From IMG/VR virus record IMGVR_UViG_3300031578_000032, positions 1 through 59,581 of that record: 59,581 bases of DNA; one strand, given 5' to 3'. The position numbers were made by a program, and so were the translations under genes. Below are positions 57,866 to 59,581 of this stretch, one piece after another (the stretch's first letter is position 1; the number at the start of each line of letters is the position of its first letter). This stretch comes from a virus. Its lineage: Duplodnaviria > Caudoviricetes. The notes beneath the pieces are model-generated. The model searched no databases, was not told where the DNA came from, and was given only the letters and a program-made list of their open reading frames with translations.

Positions 57866-58615
57866 TTATTTATTTTGATCTAATAAATTATAAATATCTG
57901 TTTTTAACTCATTCGTTGATGGTATATAATCAACATAATTTATATATTTCCATTTATAATTTTTTAAATATCTTCTTCTTTTTTCATCATAAATTTTATC
58001 TTTATGCCAATAACTTCCATCATATTCTATAACTAGTCTTTTTTCTGGAATAGCAATATCTAAACTGTAATTAAAAAAAGGATAATTAAGAACAGCAGTA
58101 GAAAATATCTTTTGAACTTTATTAAACAGCTCAACTTGTGGTTTAGATGGATTCTTAATAAAAAAATTACAATATGCAGCTTGACCACTATTCATTTTTA
58201 TTGATTGTATTTTTCTTTGTTTTAATCCATTAGAACTATTCCACCATTTCTTACATGTCTTTGATATCTTTTCTCTTGTTGTTTTTTTATGTTCTTTTTT
58301 ATAAAAATGATGATTTTTTCCAGACTGACTTTTACTTGATTTTAATTTACTTTCCTCAGTATGGTGTTTATTTTTCCAATAACCTTCTGTTCCATAAACT
58401 GGATGATTTTTGCCTTTTGGAGTATTCAAAAATTGTTTTTGTTTAACTTCTGGATTCTTATATGCTTTAAGAACTCCTTCTTTTATTTTTTCTTTGTGAA
58501 CTTTACTATATGGTCCTTTGAGTCTTCCTTTGAAATAATGACCTTTTATATATTTATTTGATTTATTTGTTACTTTTATTCCACACCCACATTTACAAAA
58601 AGGTAGGTCCATCAT
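57866..58615 (-). CDS. NUMOD3 plus Vsr/DUF559-like homing endonuclease
   Basis: CKCGCG, KHHTEESKLK, GKNHHFY, LDIAIPEKRLVIEYDGSYWH. Confidence 0.8.
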   Translation of the reverse strand: MMDLPFCKCGCGIKVTNKSNKYIKGHYFKGRLKGPYSKVHKEKIKEGVLKAYKNPEVKQKQFLNTPKGKNHPVYGTEGYWKNKHHTEESKLKSSKSQSGKNHHFYKKEHKKTTREKISKTCKKWWNSSNGLKQRKIQSIKMNSGQAAYCNFFIKNPSKPQVELFNKVQKIFSTAVLNYPFFNYSLDIAIPEKRLVIEYDGSYWHKDKIYDEKRRRYLKNYKWKYINYVDYIPSTNELKTDIYNLLDQNK

Positions 58616-58617
58616 AA

Positions 58618-59559
58618 TTAACTCCTTATAATATATTTTACTAAATCTGTAAAAAAATTATCAACAGACTTTTGACATTTTAATTTGGGAACTAAATAGG
58701 TTTCACTATTTAAAATTTTATCTAATTTTATTTCAAGATCTTCAAAATTATCATATAAATATTCATTGTCTAATAATTCAGGAAAACAAAGTCTATTTGG
58801 AGCTAATACTATAGTATTGTTATTTATAGCTTCTAATATAGTATAGTTAAAAGTATCTTCTTGAGATGATATTAATAAAACTTTAGATGAAGAAAGAAAT
58901 TTATAATAATCTTCCCAATTGTTAGTCTCTATTCTTTTAATTTCTCCAAATTTTTTATTTATCTTTTCTTCTATTTTATAATCAACTTTTTGTTTTGTTG
59001 GTCTTGCAACCGATATAATATCATATATTTTCTTTTCTTTAAATGTTTGATAAGGAGGATTGGGCAAATAAGTTACTTTTGTATTTGTCCAATTAAGTTT
59101 TTCAGCATGATAGTTACTTCCAACAAAGATAGTATCAAACAATGTTGAGTGAGCTGTTTCGACTGGAAATTTAGAATGCGTAACGTTTTCAAAATAATCA
59201 TATTTGTTTAAAGATGTTGCATGACAAAACGCAAACATGTGTTTTGGTCTTTTATGATATAAAGCACTGCAAAAAATACCAGGAAAACTAATATCTGATA
59301 AAAATAAAATATCATCATCTTTTAAATCTAATTTCATATATTCTTCTATTTGACTAGTTTCCCATCTTATAGACTGTTCAACTGGGGAAAATAGCTCAGA
59401 GCGTCCTCTAATAAAAGCAGTCTTTAAAAAATCACGACCACCTAATGTAGTAACACTCATAGGAACTATATCAGCAAATGCATCAAAAAATGAACGTTCC
59501 CACCATTGCTGATATCTCATTGGTGTTGGATATTGTGGTACAAAAATTATTCTTTTCAT
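58618..59559 (-). CDS. GT-B glycosyltransferase-like protein
   Basis: HATS, RPTKQK, EDTFNYTILEA...VLAPNRLCFPEL GT4-like motif. Confidence 0.75.
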   Translation of the reverse strand: MKRIIFVPQYPTPMRYQQWWERSFFDAFADIVPMSVTTLGGRDFLKTAFIRGRSELFSPVEQSIRWETSQIEEYMKLDLKDDDILFLSDISFPGIFCSALYHKRPKHMFAFCHATSLNKYDYFENVTHSKFPVETAHSTLFDTIFVGSNYHAEKLNWTNTKVTYLPNPPYQTFKEKKIYDIISVARPTKQKVDYKIEEKINKKFGEIKRIETNNWEDYYKFLSSSKVLLISSQEDTFNYTILEAINNNTIVLAPNRLCFPELLDNEYLYDNFEDLEIKLDKILNSETYLVPKLKCQKSVDNFFTDLVKYIIRS

Positions 59560-59581
59560 GTCACTAATCTAAGCCACCTTT

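Noticed and set aside
1-59581. Alternative genetic code (stop recoding), as seen in some large phages
   Set aside because: Core genes are full length in code 11, and TAG/TGA end genes at sensible positions with coupled starts
1-59581. tRNA or rRNA genes
   Set aside because: No cloverleaf with a TTCGA T-loop recognised in intergenic regions; not verified with tRNAscan
1-59581. Archaeal virus or cellular chromosome origin (TATA-like motif, archaeal-looking ThyA)
   Set aside because: bS21 and GroES point to a bacterial host, and T4-like head genes with dense small ORFs indicate a phage

Overview
AT-rich segment of a large tailed dsDNA bacteriophage with T4-like head genes, arranged in three blocks. 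(1) 1-14407, minus strand: a tightly overlapping array of seven radical-SAM/SPASM paralogues, an NDP-sugar epimerase and glycosyltransferase-like genes, downstream of a Gly/Ser/Thr-repeat fibre protein and other virion-like genes. (2) 14466-36331, plus strand: accessory and host-takeover genes, including NADAR, an Apyc1-like MBL hydrolase, RNase H, nicotinamidase, a vWA/PP2C/kinase (TerY-P-like) triad, DNA and RNA ligases, a metallophosphoesterase and many small ORFs. (3) 36471-59559, mostly minus strand: major capsid protein, HNH, prohead protease, portal, acidic scaffold-like proteins, DnaB-like helicase, a TGT/DpdA-like protein, QueE, ThyA, GroES, bS21, a PgpH-like HD domain and a UDG-PolB fusion. 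The most unusual observation is four paralogous DnaJ-type zinc-finger proteins, each apparently carrying a fragment of a different virion protein (capsid helix, sheath C-domain, possibly fibre motifs), which suggests a modular decoy/mimic system. Also notable are an internally deleted HNH remnant, two recurring promoter-like motifs and two candidate structured RNAs. All calls come from motif recognition by eye; no database searches were run.
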